A program made the position numbers and the translations under genes. A stretch of DNA of 64,000 nt from Candidatus Latescibacterota bacterium (lineage in GTDB: Bacteria > Latescibacterota > UBA2968): contig OZ241986.1 of NCBI GenBank assembly GCA_965204375.1, positions 4,320,001-4,384,000 of the forward strand. The letters run 5' to 3'. Below the pieces are notes generated by a model. That model saw only the letters and a program-made list of their open reading frames with translations, was not told where the DNA came from and did no database searches. The stretch's first letter is position 1. Each line of letters opens with the position of its first letter. Shown in pieces: positions 1 through 9,667 of the stretch.

Positions 1-1
1 A

Positions 2-334
2 GATCTCATAAAGCACCTGACCGTACTTGTGAGCAGGGAACGCCATGCCACCAATAACTTCTTTGGTTTCTTCAAATTCTCGGCTTCCCATAACCCATAA
101 GTCCAATTCGCAGGGCAAAGAACCCAATGCTCGGCGAAAACGGCGCATTTCATCTCGTTTTGCTACCGGATCTTTTTCAATCACCAGAATGTCATAATCA
201 CTATCGACATTGGCCGTTCCCCGAGCGCGAGAACCGTACAAAATAACCTTGCGGATTCGATGTTCCTCATCTATCGAGAGCAACCTATTTTTTAATTCAT
301 TTGTGATGCTCAAATCTCGATCCGTAAGAGCCAT
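2..334 (-). CDS. Minimal nucleotidyltransferase (MNT-type antitoxin), runs off the window edge
   Basis: Not in the ORF track. Manual translation from ATG 334: MALTDRDL...KVILYGSRARGTANVDSDYDILVI...GQVLYEI, with the GS..G....SD.D MNT motif. An overlapping ATG at 9-7 may start a HEPN partner outside the window. Confidence 0.8.
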   Translation of the reverse strand, partial: MALTDRDLSITNELKNRLLSIDEEHRIRKVILYGSRARGTANVDSDYDILVIEKDPVAKRDEMRRFRRALGSLPCELDLWVMGSREFEETKEVIGGMAFPAHKYGQVLYEI

Positions 335-392
335 CTCGCATTATCCTTTTAATGAGGTGCGTACTTTGTAAAGTACGCACCCTATAGACAAC

Positions 393-1802
393 TTAATGAA
401 ACACCACCATCTTCGTCTCCGTCATCTCCTCCACGGCGTACTTCGGACCCTCCTTGCCCATCCCACTATCCTTCAACCCGCCGTAGGGCATCAAATCCGC
501 GCGCCACTGCGTACCCCAATTGACGTGGATATTGCCCGAATGGACCTCCCGCGCAAACCGCATCGCCCAGTGGATATTTTCTGTAAACAACGCCGCACTC
601 AAACCGTAATTCGTATCATTGGCCATCGCAATCGCAGCGTCGATATCGTCAAATCGCGTAATACCCACCGCAGGCCCGAACAACTCATCGCACGAAATTT
701 TCATACTCGGATCCACATCGGCGAGAATCGTCGGTTGATAAATCGCACCATCGCGGTCGCCGCCCGTCACCAGACGCGCGCCAGCCCCCACCGCATCCTG
801 AATCCACGCCTGCACGCGCACGGCATCGCGCTCCCTCACCATCGGCCCCATCGTCACGCCATCATCTATGGGATTGCCCGTCGCCAGCGCCTCGACCTTT
901 GGCGTCAACGCATCGATAAAATCGCCGTAAACCGCATCATTGACAATCACCCGCTGCGCTGAAATACACACCTGTCCGGCATTGGCAAAACCCGTCGTCG
1001 CCGTCGCAGCAGCCACCTGATCCAGATCCGCATCGGGCATCACAATCAAAGGCGCATTAGAACCCAACTCCATCGTCACCTTCTTCAACCCCGCCATATT
1101 GCAAATCTCTTCACCCACATCGCGGCTACCCGTAAAACTGATCTTGCGCACGCGGCTATCCGAACACAGCGCATGGCCCAATTCATTCCCCGGACCCGTA
1201 ATACACTGCACAGCCTCGGCAGGCACACCGGCCTCCACCAAAATCTCCACCAACTTCAGCGCCGAAAGCGGCGTATCCGTCGCCGGCTTCACAATCACCG
1301 CATTGCCCGCAGCGAGTGCAGGACCCACCTTGTGACACACCAGATTCAGGGGAAAATTAAACGGCGTAATCGCCAGCACCACCCCACACGGCACGCGCAG
1401 CGTAAAACCAAACTGATCGCGCACCCCCGAACCGCCATCCAGCGGAATGGTCTCGCCGTACAACCGCTTGGCCTCCTCTGCGGACAGCGTCATCGTCTCA
1501 ATCGCCCGTCCGGCCTCGCCGATGCCCTCGGCCAGAACCTTGCCCTCTTCCAGCGTAATCGTACGCCCCAAATCCTCGACCCGTTCATGCATCAAATTCA
1601 CAGCCCGATGCAAAATCTCATACCGCTCATAAGCCGTCAAAGCCGCCATTGCCTCGGCACCGCGCACGGCCGTCGCAATCGCCACCTCCGCATCTGCGGC
1701 ATCGCCTTTTGGCACCGTATCCACCACCGAATTGTCAAATGGATTGATCACATCGATCTTCTCGGCCTTATCCACCCATTGACCACCAATATGCATCTTC
1801 AC
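393..1802 (-). CDS. NAD(P)-dependent aldehyde dehydrogenase
   Basis: ITPFNFP, FTGS, MELGSNAP (catalytic E), GQVC (catalytic C), ELFGP; GGAGG RBS upstream of GTG. Confidence 0.95.
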   Translation of the reverse strand: MKMHIGGQWVDKAEKIDVINPFDNSVVDTVPKGDAADAEVAIATAVRGAEAMAALTAYERYEILHRAVNLMHERVEDLGRTITLEEGKVLAEGIGEAGRAIETMTLSAEEAKRLYGETIPLDGGSGVRDQFGFTLRVPCGVVLAITPFNFPLNLVCHKVGPALAAGNAVIVKPATDTPLSALKLVEILVEAGVPAEAVQCITGPGNELGHALCSDSRVRKISFTGSRDVGEEICNMAGLKKVTMELGSNAPLIVMPDADLDQVAAATATTGFANAGQVCISAQRVIVNDAVYGDFIDALTPKVEALATGNPIDDGVTMGPMVRERDAVRVQAWIQDAVGAGARLVTGGDRDGAIYQPTILADVDPSMKISCDELFGPAVGITRFDDIDAAIAMANDTNYGLSAALFTENIHWAMRFAREVHSGNIHVNWGTQWRADLMPYGGLKDSGMGKEGPKYAVEEMTETKMVVFH

Positions 1803-1910
1803 GACAAACCTCCTTCAATTAAAAATTACCAATCTCGAACTTCAATTTCATCTCAGCCCACTCATCATGCACAGCGACACCCTGCAAGTCAACAAAATTC
1901 ATCCCTCGCT

Positions 1911-2960
1911 TCACCGCAACCACGCATCCAAATGCTCCGCCACAAAATTGTCGTCATTCAAATGCGGATAAGCAGCATACACGCGGTCGATCTCCTCCGC
2001 TTGTCCCGGCGACAAACCCTCTTCCGGATTCAGACACCAGACACCCTCGAGAAGCCCCTGCCTTCGCAACACCTCGTGAACGCCGGCAATACACCCGTGA
2101 AAATCATTGGACACATCAAAAAACGCCGCATTGCAATCCGTCACCTCAATCGCCCGGATCAGCATCTCCCCTGGCACAGCATCCAATTGCGCGATTTTGT
2201 GACACTTCCCCAATATTTCCACCGCCTTCTTTGTCCACACCGCCCAGTGTCCCAAAAGCCCCCCCACAATACGCACATTCACACGCGCGCCATCGCACCA
2301 AAACCGATGCGACGTCAGCAAATCCATCACAATATTATCATCATTACCCGTATAAAGCGCAATATCCTTCACCCGTCCCGCCGCCACAACCCCGCGAATC
2401 ACATCCAGCGTCTGGTACCGATTAAAAGGCGCAATTTTAATACCCACCACAGCCTCAATCTCTGCAAAACGCCGCCAAAAATCAAACGGCAAGACACGCC
2501 CTCCCACAGCCGGTTGCAGATAAAACCCCATCACCGGAATCACATCGGCCACCGCGCGGCAATGTGCAACCATCGCATCGACACCCACATTGGCAAAAGC
2601 ACGCAAACTCACCAACCCGACCTCATAGCCGCAATCGCGCGCAACCTCTGCCTCTGCCACCGCCTGTCGCGTATTCCCCACAATGCCCGCCACGCGGATA
2701 AAATCAGCCGGCGCATCGGCATCCATCACATCTGCTGCCAGTTCCAAAACGGGCCGGTACAAATCCCATTTGGGATCGCGGATTTCAAATTGCGTGGTAT
2801 GCACCCCCACGGCCAATCCCCCTGCACCAGCGGCAATATAATAGCGCGACAACGCCTGCTGACGCCGGGCATCCAACTTCCGCTCCGCGGTCAGAGCCAG
2901 CGGATGTGCGGGAATCACCTGCCCTTTTTTTAATGCAACCTCAACATCCTTTGATAGCAT
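1911..2960 (-). CDS. Dihydrodipicolinate synthase-family (class I aldolase) protein
   Basis: AGAGGLAVGVHTTQF, FYLQPAVGG, Schiff-base Lys in GIKIAPF, YTGNDD. Confidence 0.85.
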   Translation of the reverse strand: MLSKDVEVALKKGQVIPAHPLALTAERKLDARRQQALSRYYIAAGAGGLAVGVHTTQFEIRDPKWDLYRPVLELAADVMDADAPADFIRVAGIVGNTRQAVAEAEVARDCGYEVGLVSLRAFANVGVDAMVAHCRAVADVIPVMGFYLQPAVGGRVLPFDFWRRFAEIEAVVGIKIAPFNRYQTLDVIRGVVAAGRVKDIALYTGNDDNIVMDLLTSHRFWCDGARVNVRIVGGLLGHWAVWTKKAVEILGKCHKIAQLDAVPGEMLIRAIEVTDCNAAFFDVSNDFHGCIAGVHEVLRRQGLLEGVWCLNPEEGLSPGQAEEIDRVYAAYPHLNDDNFVAEHLDAWLR

Positions 2961-2980
2961 CTGTCATTCTCCACGAACAG

Positions 2981-3110
2981 CCGCGATGATGGGCGAGGCA
3001 TGCCTCGCCCCTACACGCACGCCGGGCGAAAAATTTTTCGCCCCTACGGTTATCTGCGTAAAACGCTCAAATTATTCGCGTTTTTTCTGCGTCATCTGCG
3101 GATCTCACTT
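2981..3110. repeat. Composite REP-like mosaic 1
   Basis: GGGCGAGGCATGCCTCGCCCCTAC (2991-3014), GGGCGAAAAATTTTTCGCCCCTAC (3024-3047), then CTGCGTCATCTGCGGATC. The same parts recur at 13.07 kb and 41.2 kb. Confidence 0.85.
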
Positions 3111-3712
3111 CCCAACCCCTGCCTCTCCAACTCCGATCGATAATCTTCTGGCGTATCCAGATCCCGCAAAATACCCTCGTCATCTACCGGCACCTCCAGC
3201 GTATCGTGCGGGTGCCCGCGCATGACCGGCTTGAGACCCTCATCCCCGGAAAGCTCCCGAATCTCGTCCCGGTAACGCGACAAATTGATCAGCACCGGAT
3301 GCCCGCGCTTGCCACCCGAAATGGGAATCACAATACCCCGGTCGCCTTCGCGGTATGTCCGCACCACAGCCTGAACCACGCGCAACTCAATCTGAGGCTG
3401 ATCCCCGAGTGCGATCAGCACCGCATCTGCATCCTCAGGCAAATGGTGGAGACCGCAAAGAACGCTGGAAAACATCCCCTCGCGGTACGCGTCATTCACG
3501 CAACACTGCACGGGCCGACCGCGCAAACTCTCGCGCACAGCATCTGCATCGTGCCCCAAAACCACCACAACGCCAGCGAGATCAGCACCGTGTAGCGTAT
3601 CGACCACCGTTTGAAGAATCGTTCGATCGCCAAAAGGCAACAACTGCTTGGTTGACCCCATGCGCCGCGCCATACCCGCGGCCAGTACAAGACCGTAAAT
3701 TTGCTCGCTCAT
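3092..3712 (-). CDS. MocA/MobA-like NTP transferase (molybdenum cofactor cytidylyltransferase-like)
   Basis: LAAGMARRMGSTKQLL, LGDQP, GHPV, DLDTPEDY motifs. Confidence 0.88.
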   Translation of the reverse strand: MSEQIYGLVLAAGMARRMGSTKQLLPFGDRTILQTVVDTLHGADLAGVVVVLGHDADAVRESLRGRPVQCCVNDAYREGMFSSVLCGLHHLPEDADAVLIALGDQPQIELRVVQAVVRTYREGDRGIVIPISGGKRGHPVLINLSRYRDEIRELSGDEGLKPVMRGHPHDTLEVPVDDEGILRDLDTPEDYRSELERQGLGSEIRR

Positions 3713-3820
3713 AATACCCCGGTATTATAAAGATAAGACTCACGATTGACAAGTGCGTATTTTAACAGCTCATACATCATTCCATAAACTTATAATAAAA
3801 CAACATTTTATTAAAATAAC

Positions 3821-3848
3821 TTGACTTTTTCTATTCAGGCATTAAATT
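3821..3848 (+). promoter_or_regulatory. Sigma70-like promoter candidate for the small Zn-finger gene
   Basis: TTGACT (3821) and TAAATT (3843), 16-bp spacing, in an AT-rich divergent intergenic region. Confidence 0.4.
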
Positions 3849-3901
3849 TCGGGGTTATAAACAAACGGAGCGCGGGCATCTCAAAACGCGAGGTTACGCC
3901 A

Positions 3902-4129
3902 TTGATCTGCGAACAATGTGGCAAAGTTCCAGCAACAAAAGCACAAACGCATATCGAAAACGGCATAAAGCGCGTCCTTTATCACTGTGATACCTGCGCG
4001 GGCCTTACCGCACCCAAATTAGACCGACCATGCGCGCAGTGCAAACAGCGGGAAGGCGAGATTAAACTCACCCGTATTCGCCCACACGGCCGGGTAGTTA
4101 CATATATTTGTCAGGTCTGTGCTAAATAA
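3902..4129 (+). CDS. Small tandem zinc-finger protein resembling a duplicated McsA N-terminal domain
   Basis: TTG start at 3902 with GAGG RBS; four CxxC motifs (CEQC, CDTC, CAQC, CQVC) in two similar units. Confidence 0.7.
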   Translation: MICEQCGKVPATKAQTHIENGIKRVLYHCDTCAGLTAPKLDRPCAQCKQREGEIKLTRIRPHGRVVTYICQVCAK

Positions 4130-4130
4130 A

Positions 4131-4364
4131 GAAGTTAGAAGTTAGAAGTTAGAAGTTAGAAAGCCCCACCCAACCGCCCAAAGGCGGCACCTCATTCCAC
4201 TTCACACTTCACACTTCACACTTCACACTTCACACTTCACACTTCACACTTCACACTTCACACTTCACACTTCACACTTCACACTTCACACTTCACACTT
4301 CACACTTCACACTTCACACTTCACACTTCACACTTCACACTTCACACTTCACACTTCACACTTC
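4131..4364. repeat. Heptamer-arm element 1: (GAAGTTA)x4, core, (CACTTCA)x~24
   Basis: Directly visible; arms 4131-4160 and 4198-4364. Confidence 0.95.
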
Positions 4365-4368
4365 GCTT

Positions 4369-7300
4369 ATGAACCCCAAAAACTTCATCAATCCCCCTGC
4401 GACTGACCGTTTCGTTCCATTTTGGATATGGAACGGCATCATAGAAGAAAACGAACTCGTCCGTCAAATCCGCGAAATGAGCGAAAAGAGGCTCGGGGGA
4501 TTCTGCCTATCAACAGGACCCGGGCTAAAAACGCCCTATTTGTCGCACATCTGGTTCGAGCGCGTAAAATTGGCACTCGAAACAGCAGAAGAAAATGGCC
4601 TCCATGTCTGGATCCACGACGAATACCGCTATCCAGGTGGTATTGGATCAACCCAAATCACCCTAAACCATCCCCAATTCGTCGCACAACAACTCACCTT
4701 TCGCGAAACCGTTGTACAGGGCGGACAACAAGTTGACCTTATGCTGCCCTGGGCACCCGTGTTACAAGCATTCGCTGTGCCCTTGCGAAGAGACCGCTGT
4801 CTGTGGGAAGACAAACAAGATATCAGTGCTTATCTGGGGGTCAATCACCAACACCACGCATTGCGCAACAACAGCGCTGGGTCCGACCACCATCCCTATA
4901 ATTATGTATCTTTTAATCCCACCCGCCGACTGTACTGGAAAGCACCTGCCGGACGTTGGCGCGTGCTCGTTTTTTTGCAAGAACCCTCGGCAACCAGCGA
5001 TTGTCCTGGCTCACACCTCGATCGGTTCAATCCAGAGTCTGTTCGCACCCTGCACCAGACCATTCAACAACCCTACATCGAACAATTTTCCGCCTTTCAG
5101 GGCAAAACCTTAAAGGGCATCTTAACTTCGGAAACGCATTTTACCAAAGATCGCTTGCCCTGGTCACCCGTACTGCCCGACTACTTCCAAACGCGCAATG
5201 GCTACAATATACTCCCTTGCTTGCCTGCCCTCATAACCTACTTTGGACCCAACACGAGCCGCATCCGCTACGATTATTTTCAAACCCTGAGCGAACTGCA
5301 ACAGCGGCACGACAGCGCGCGCAGTGCCGACTGGTGCAAAGAGCACGACCTCAATTATGCGAGCGACATAACCCCGCTTCGCAATGCCCATCGCACTTCC
5401 ATACCCATACCTGGTACAGGCGGTAGTGTTAAACGCACCAGAGAACACGTCGTATCATATCGCCACAGCCCTGAATTTGCAACGTCGCTCGCCGCACAGA
5501 CAAGCACTTCCCGCGTGCTCAATACTTGTTTTCAAAACACGGGCTGGGCAACCACGCTGCAAGATATGAAAGCACAGCTCGATACCCTCGGCACCCACGG
5601 AACCAACTTCTTTGCGCCCCACGCCCTCTACTACACACTCGACGGATTGCGCAAACACGCCACATCTCTATTTCATCAAAATCCCTACTGGAAACACTTC
5701 CACCTGCTGTCTGACTACGCGGGGCGACTTGCCCATCTCTTGTGCCAGGGTCAACAAGTCGCCGATATTGCACTCCTCGATCCCGTCACCAGCCTGTGGG
5801 CACACCTCGCACACCCGTTTCACAACTGGTCTTATGTCGGCTATGATCCCGATGAAGAAACACTGACCAATAACCTCGTTGCCGACTGGGCTTGTATTGC
5901 CCGCGCTCTGTATCAGATGCAGCGGCCATTTCAAAGTCTTGACCCGGCCCTCCTCGCCCAGGCGGAAATCACCAACCGCCAATTGCAGATCGGCAAAACG
6001 CGCTACACGGTCCTGATCATTCCTCCCATCACCAATCTGGAACGCGCAGCTTTTGATAAGCTACGCGCATTTATCAATGCAGGCGGTCTCGTCATCGCCC
6101 TGGGATTATTGCCCATTGAGGATATTCAAGAAGGCACATCAATCGTCGAGGGATTTTCGCGGTTGACCGACATGGAACCGGGGAGAATGATTCGCGATTA
6201 CAACGGCCACGAATCGGGCGTCCACCTGCTGAGTCGAGACAACTTCATGTTTATCCGCACGGGAGGTACTGTAGAAAAAAATCAGGCGACATTCATGCTG
6301 GAACGCCTGCTCGACGAAATTCTACCCCGGCGAGTACGCATCATGTCAGACGGAAAAAACGCCGATGCAATACAATATCACCACCGCACAGATGAAAAGC
6401 ATCACATATTCTTTTTTGCCAATCGGAGAAATTCGCCTGTTACAACGCAAATTTATATCCCCCCCTCCAGGGGACAGATAGAAAAATGGGATTTAGAAAC
6501 GGGCAAACGCACACCCCTTGTGGCCCAATCCACAGGAGAAATGAGCCGCATCAACCTCTCCTTTGATCGGCTGCAATCACACATGATCGTAACAGGCCCT
6601 GAAAAAACAAAAAAAGAAGAACCTCTGGTAGAAACGCTCAAACTCAATTTAACAGGTCACTGGAAAGTTGATCCAGAAGAAGATAACGCACTGCGCCTGG
6701 ACAAATTCAAAACGAAATTCGACCCGTCTAACACAGGCAAACGCCAGGGCTGGCATCAGCCGACTTATAGCGATAGCAGATGGTCCGAAACGCGCCTACA
6801 ACCTTTTGACGACCCAGAAGAAAAAACGATTTGTTGGTACCGAAAAACCTTTATCGCAGACATTGTCCCCAGTAAACTCTCTCTGGTCATGGATCGAAGT
6901 GCGATTCAGGGAGAGCATCAGATCTACATCAACGGTTCCAAATTGCCGAGCAATGCTTTTCGTCCCACCTTCCGATTCGATCACGCCAACGCGACGTGTT
7001 CCGTGGGACAACGCATAAACAAGGGCAAAAATGTGATCGCCATCCGTGTGGAAGTCAACAGCCCGGGTGATGGCCTCGTCGATGCCCTGTATCTCTTTGG
7101 ACGTTTTCAGGTCAAATCCTGGCGCAACGTATATCCCAAACTATCACCCCTTCAAGATAGCGGTCCAATTTTTGACCTCAAAGCGCAGGGACTGCCCTTC
7201 TATGCTGGCACCGTGTCATACACCCGGGACATCGATTTCAAAACCCTGCCCCAAACCCCGCGTTTCAAAATAGACCTCGAACGCACCGTGAAAAACCTCG

Positions 7301-7500
7301 ACGACATCGTCGAAATAACAATCAACGGCCAGTCTTTGGGCGTACGCGCCTGGGCACCCTATTGCTGGACTGGAAAAACAGCCCATCTCAAACAAGGCAA
7401 AAATCGCGTTGTCTTCCGCATCACCAACACCCTCGAAAAATTACTTACAGGCATGACATATCAGCCGAAAACGCGCAAAATGGTTCCGGTAGAGATATAA
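4369..7500 (+). CDS. Large GH106 (alpha-L-rhamnosidase)-like glycoside hydrolase-fold protein
   Basis: PFWIWNG..EENEL..QI.EM..K.LGGF, WIHDEYRYPGG, HALYYTLDGLRK, C-terminal beta-sandwich domains (INGQSLGVRAWAPY). Confidence 0.75.
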   Translation: MNPKNFINPPATDRFVPFWIWNGIIEENELVRQIREMSEKRLGGFCLSTGPGLKTPYLSHIWFERVKLALETAEENGLHVWIHDEYRYPGGIGSTQITLNHPQFVAQQLTFRETVVQGGQQVDLMLPWAPVLQAFAVPLRRDRCLWEDKQDISAYLGVNHQHHALRNNSAGSDHHPYNYVSFNPTRRLYWKAPAGRWRVLVFLQEPSATSDCPGSHLDRFNPESVRTLHQTIQQPYIEQFSAFQGKTLKGILTSETHFTKDRLPWSPVLPDYFQTRNGYNILPCLPALITYFGPNTSRIRYDYFQTLSELQQRHDSARSADWCKEHDLNYASDITPLRNAHRTSIPIPGTGGSVKRTREHVVSYRHSPEFATSLAAQTSTSRVLNTCFQNTGWATTLQDMKAQLDTLGTHGTNFFAPHALYYTLDGLRKHATSLFHQNPYWKHFHLLSDYAGRLAHLLCQGQQVADIALLDPVTSLWAHLAHPFHNWSYVGYDPDEETLTNNLVADWACIARALYQMQRPFQSLDPALLAQAEITNRQLQIGKTRYTVLIIPPITNLERAAFDKLRAFINAGGLVIALGLLPIEDIQEGTSIVEGFSRLTDMEPGRMIRDYNGHESGVHLLSRDNFMFIRTGGTVEKNQATFMLERLLDEILPRRVRIMSDGKNADAIQYHHRTDEKHHIFFFANRRNSPVTTQIYIPPSRGQIEKWDLETGKRTPLVAQSTGEMSRINLSFDRLQSHMIVTGPEKTKKEEPLVETLKLNLTGHWKVDPEEDNALRLDKFKTKFDPSNTGKRQGWHQPTYSDSRWSETRLQPFDDPEEKTICWYRKTFIADIVPSKLSLVMDRSAIQGEHQIYINGSKLPSNAFRPTFRFDHANATCSVGQRINKGKNVIAIRVEVNSPGDGLVDALYLFGRFQVKSWRNVYPKLSPLQDSGPIFDLKAQGLPFYAGTVSYTRDIDFKTLPQTPRFKIDLERTVKNLDDIVEITINGQSLGVRAWAPYCWTGKTAHLKQGKNRVVFRITNTLEKLLTGMTYQPKTRKMVPVEI

Positions 7501-7506
7501 AATCAC

Positions 7507-7539
7507 CTGTAGGGGCGGGTTTTAAACCCGCCCCTACAG
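7507..7539. repeat. GTAG-type REP palindrome, probable bidirectional terminator between convergent genes
   Basis: CTGTAGGGGCGGGTTT-T-AAACCCGCCCCTACAG, a perfect 16-bp inverted repeat containing the TAG stop of the folC fusion. Confidence 0.85.
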
Positions 7540-9603
7540 CAAATATTTCCGTACCAGATACTGATAAATTTGCACAAAATCGCCTCGTCCATTATCCGCA
7601 TTGTAAAAGTGGCATATAGGATTGGGATTCACTTCCAGAACAAAAAAATCATTGGCATTGACGATCAAATCAATCGCGTAAAAACCCAAATCCAGCACCC
7701 GATTTAACGCCTGTGTCAACGCGCGAAAACCCTCCAATAAGTCCTCATCCACGACCACAACCGCCCTGCCCCCCGCCCGATGCAGGGGATTGATATCCTC
7801 TCCCTCAATATCTGAATCATTTTGCTTTTGATATGCGAGCAACAACTCATCCTCGCTGCCCACAATGCGATACTCAGGTCCCTCGACATACGCCTGGATC
7901 AACAACACATTGTCAAACAGGCTGCTTTCCACACACAAGTCTTGCAAGCGCGAATGCAAATCCTCTGCATTCGTCTCCAAATACACGCCCCGTGCCATAG
8001 ATCCGCGATTGCGTTTCAGCACAACTGGAAAAGACATATGTTGCACCACATCGCGTACAATATCTGCCACAGAAGCATGCGTCTTATACCGATCAAACCG
8101 CCGGTCAGATAGAGGATTAAACACCGTCATCGTTTTAGGCACTGTGATATTCGCCCGGCCAAACACCTCGTATTGATACCCCTTATCTTCTGCCAACTTT
8201 CCAGAAACATAATCGTTAAACGGATGTTTATTGCGCAAAAAATACAGCGGCTTTCCCTCCCTCTCCACCCGAATCACATTGCCATCTGCCGACACCGCCT
8301 CATACCCCACGCCCAACTGCCGACACGCGATTTCAAGACACCGCAAACTCTCTAAAATCACATCCTCGCCAAAACTATCCGCCTCCCCGGGCAAATCCAA
8401 CACCTCGCGTGCCAACGCCACCAGATGCAGCGACCCGAGTACGCACGTAGGTTGTTGGGACACCTCAGTCAAAAAATCCAATCCCCCAGTCTCACACCGC
8501 ACGCACAGCCCCTCTGGAACCAGCGATCTCAAGCTCGCCACAGAAATGGCTTTGGGATGCGCCGACTGCGTCAAAACAACTTCGGCAGCTATGGGCGAAA
8601 GTGCCTGCAAAATACCCCGTGCATCGTGCCCCTTATTAACACCCACCACAAATCGCCACTTATCCGATAGAACTTGCAAATCGCGCACCAAAGCGCGAAC
8701 CGCATCCGGATTGTGGGCACCATCTAAAATCAACGTTTTCCGAACCACCTCAAAACGCCCGGGCAGAGCCAGATTCAAAACCACATCTCGCACCCGCTCA
8801 TCTGGCAACACCATCCCGCGCCCATCTACAATATGACGCGCCACAGCAACCGACAGCGCGGCATTCTCCCGAAAAGTAACCGGTCGATCCGCCATATCGT
8901 CCATTTCCTCATCGACCACATGCAACGCCGCACCCCGAAACGCGCACTCCCTTTCCAACAACTTCAAAACCTCGGCTGCCTGCCCTGACCCCGTAAACAG
9001 CGGCCTTCCCGAACGCGCAATATGTACCTTATCCGCCGCAATCTCACACAGCGTATTGCCCAACACATCCACATGATCCAGATGAATAGCCGTCAACACA
9101 GCAACTTTTGAATCCCACGCATTGGTCGCGTCAAATTGTCCACCCAGCCCCACTTCAAAAACAGCCCAATCCACATTTGCCCGCGCAAAGTGATGGGCTG
9201 CCAAAACCGTGAGCGCCTCAAACTTGCTAAACGCACCCCAGCCTTCGCGCTCAAAATCGCGGCTTTTCTCGTAAAAATGTGCGACGCCTTCGGCCCACAC
9301 ATCGCGCGCGAGCACCTCGCCATCAACGCATATCCGCTCGCGCACCGTGTGCAAATGCGGCGACGTATAAAGCCCCACGCGAAAACCCGCTGCCCGCAAC
9401 AACTCAGATAGCAAATAACTCACCGTCCCCTTGCCATTTGTCCCCCCCACAATAACAGAGTCAAACCGCGCCTGGGGGTTATCCATGCGATGCAACAGAG
9501 CGCGCACACGCGGCAAATAATTTTCCAGCGCACCTTCTATCGGCTCACCCGTTTCCCAATCGGGCAACGTATTGAGAAACCGATTGCTCCGAAAATAGTT
9601 CAT
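7534..9603 (-). CDS. folC: FolC-type Mur-ligase fused to a C-terminal ATP-grasp ligase domain
   Basis: FolC motifs GTNGKG, YTSPHL, EVGLGG.FDATN, DH...LG.T, PGRFE, DGAHN. ATP-grasp motifs DK...VPKT, PVVLK...GS..RGV, EYR, AIDLI, LEVNPNP. Confidence 0.85.
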   Translation of the reverse strand: MNYFRSNRFLNTLPDWETGEPIEGALENYLPRVRALLHRMDNPQARFDSVIVGGTNGKGTVSYLLSELLRAAGFRVGLYTSPHLHTVRERICVDGEVLARDVWAEGVAHFYEKSRDFEREGWGAFSKFEALTVLAAHHFARANVDWAVFEVGLGGQFDATNAWDSKVAVLTAIHLDHVDVLGNTLCEIAADKVHIARSGRPLFTGSGQAAEVLKLLERECAFRGAALHVVDEEMDDMADRPVTFRENAALSVAVARHIVDGRGMVLPDERVRDVVLNLALPGRFEVVRKTLILDGAHNPDAVRALVRDLQVLSDKWRFVVGVNKGHDARGILQALSPIAAEVVLTQSAHPKAISVASLRSLVPEGLCVRCETGGLDFLTEVSQQPTCVLGSLHLVALAREVLDLPGEADSFGEDVILESLRCLEIACRQLGVGYEAVSADGNVIRVEREGKPLYFLRNKHPFNDYVSGKLAEDKGYQYEVFGRANITVPKTMTVFNPLSDRRFDRYKTHASVADIVRDVVQHMSFPVVLKRNRGSMARGVYLETNAEDLHSRLQDLCVESSLFDNVLLIQAYVEGPEYRIVGSEDELLLAYQKQNDSDIEGEDINPLHRAGGRAVVVVDEDLLEGFRALTQALNRVLDLGFYAIDLIVNANDFFVLEVNPNPICHFYNADNGRGDFVQIYQYLVRKYLL

Positions 9604-9667
9604 CTTTACCTTTCAAAATAACGTATTATTGTACTCAGAAACCGTCCATTCCCACCAGGAGGAACCG

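Noticed and set aside
1173-2933. 586-aa + strand ORF
   Set aside because: Antisense shadow of the ALDH and DHDPS-like genes; no motifs.
4198-4364. Possible CRISPR array or telomere-like end
   Set aside because: Pure 7-bp tandem repeat with no spacers or cas genes; internal location.
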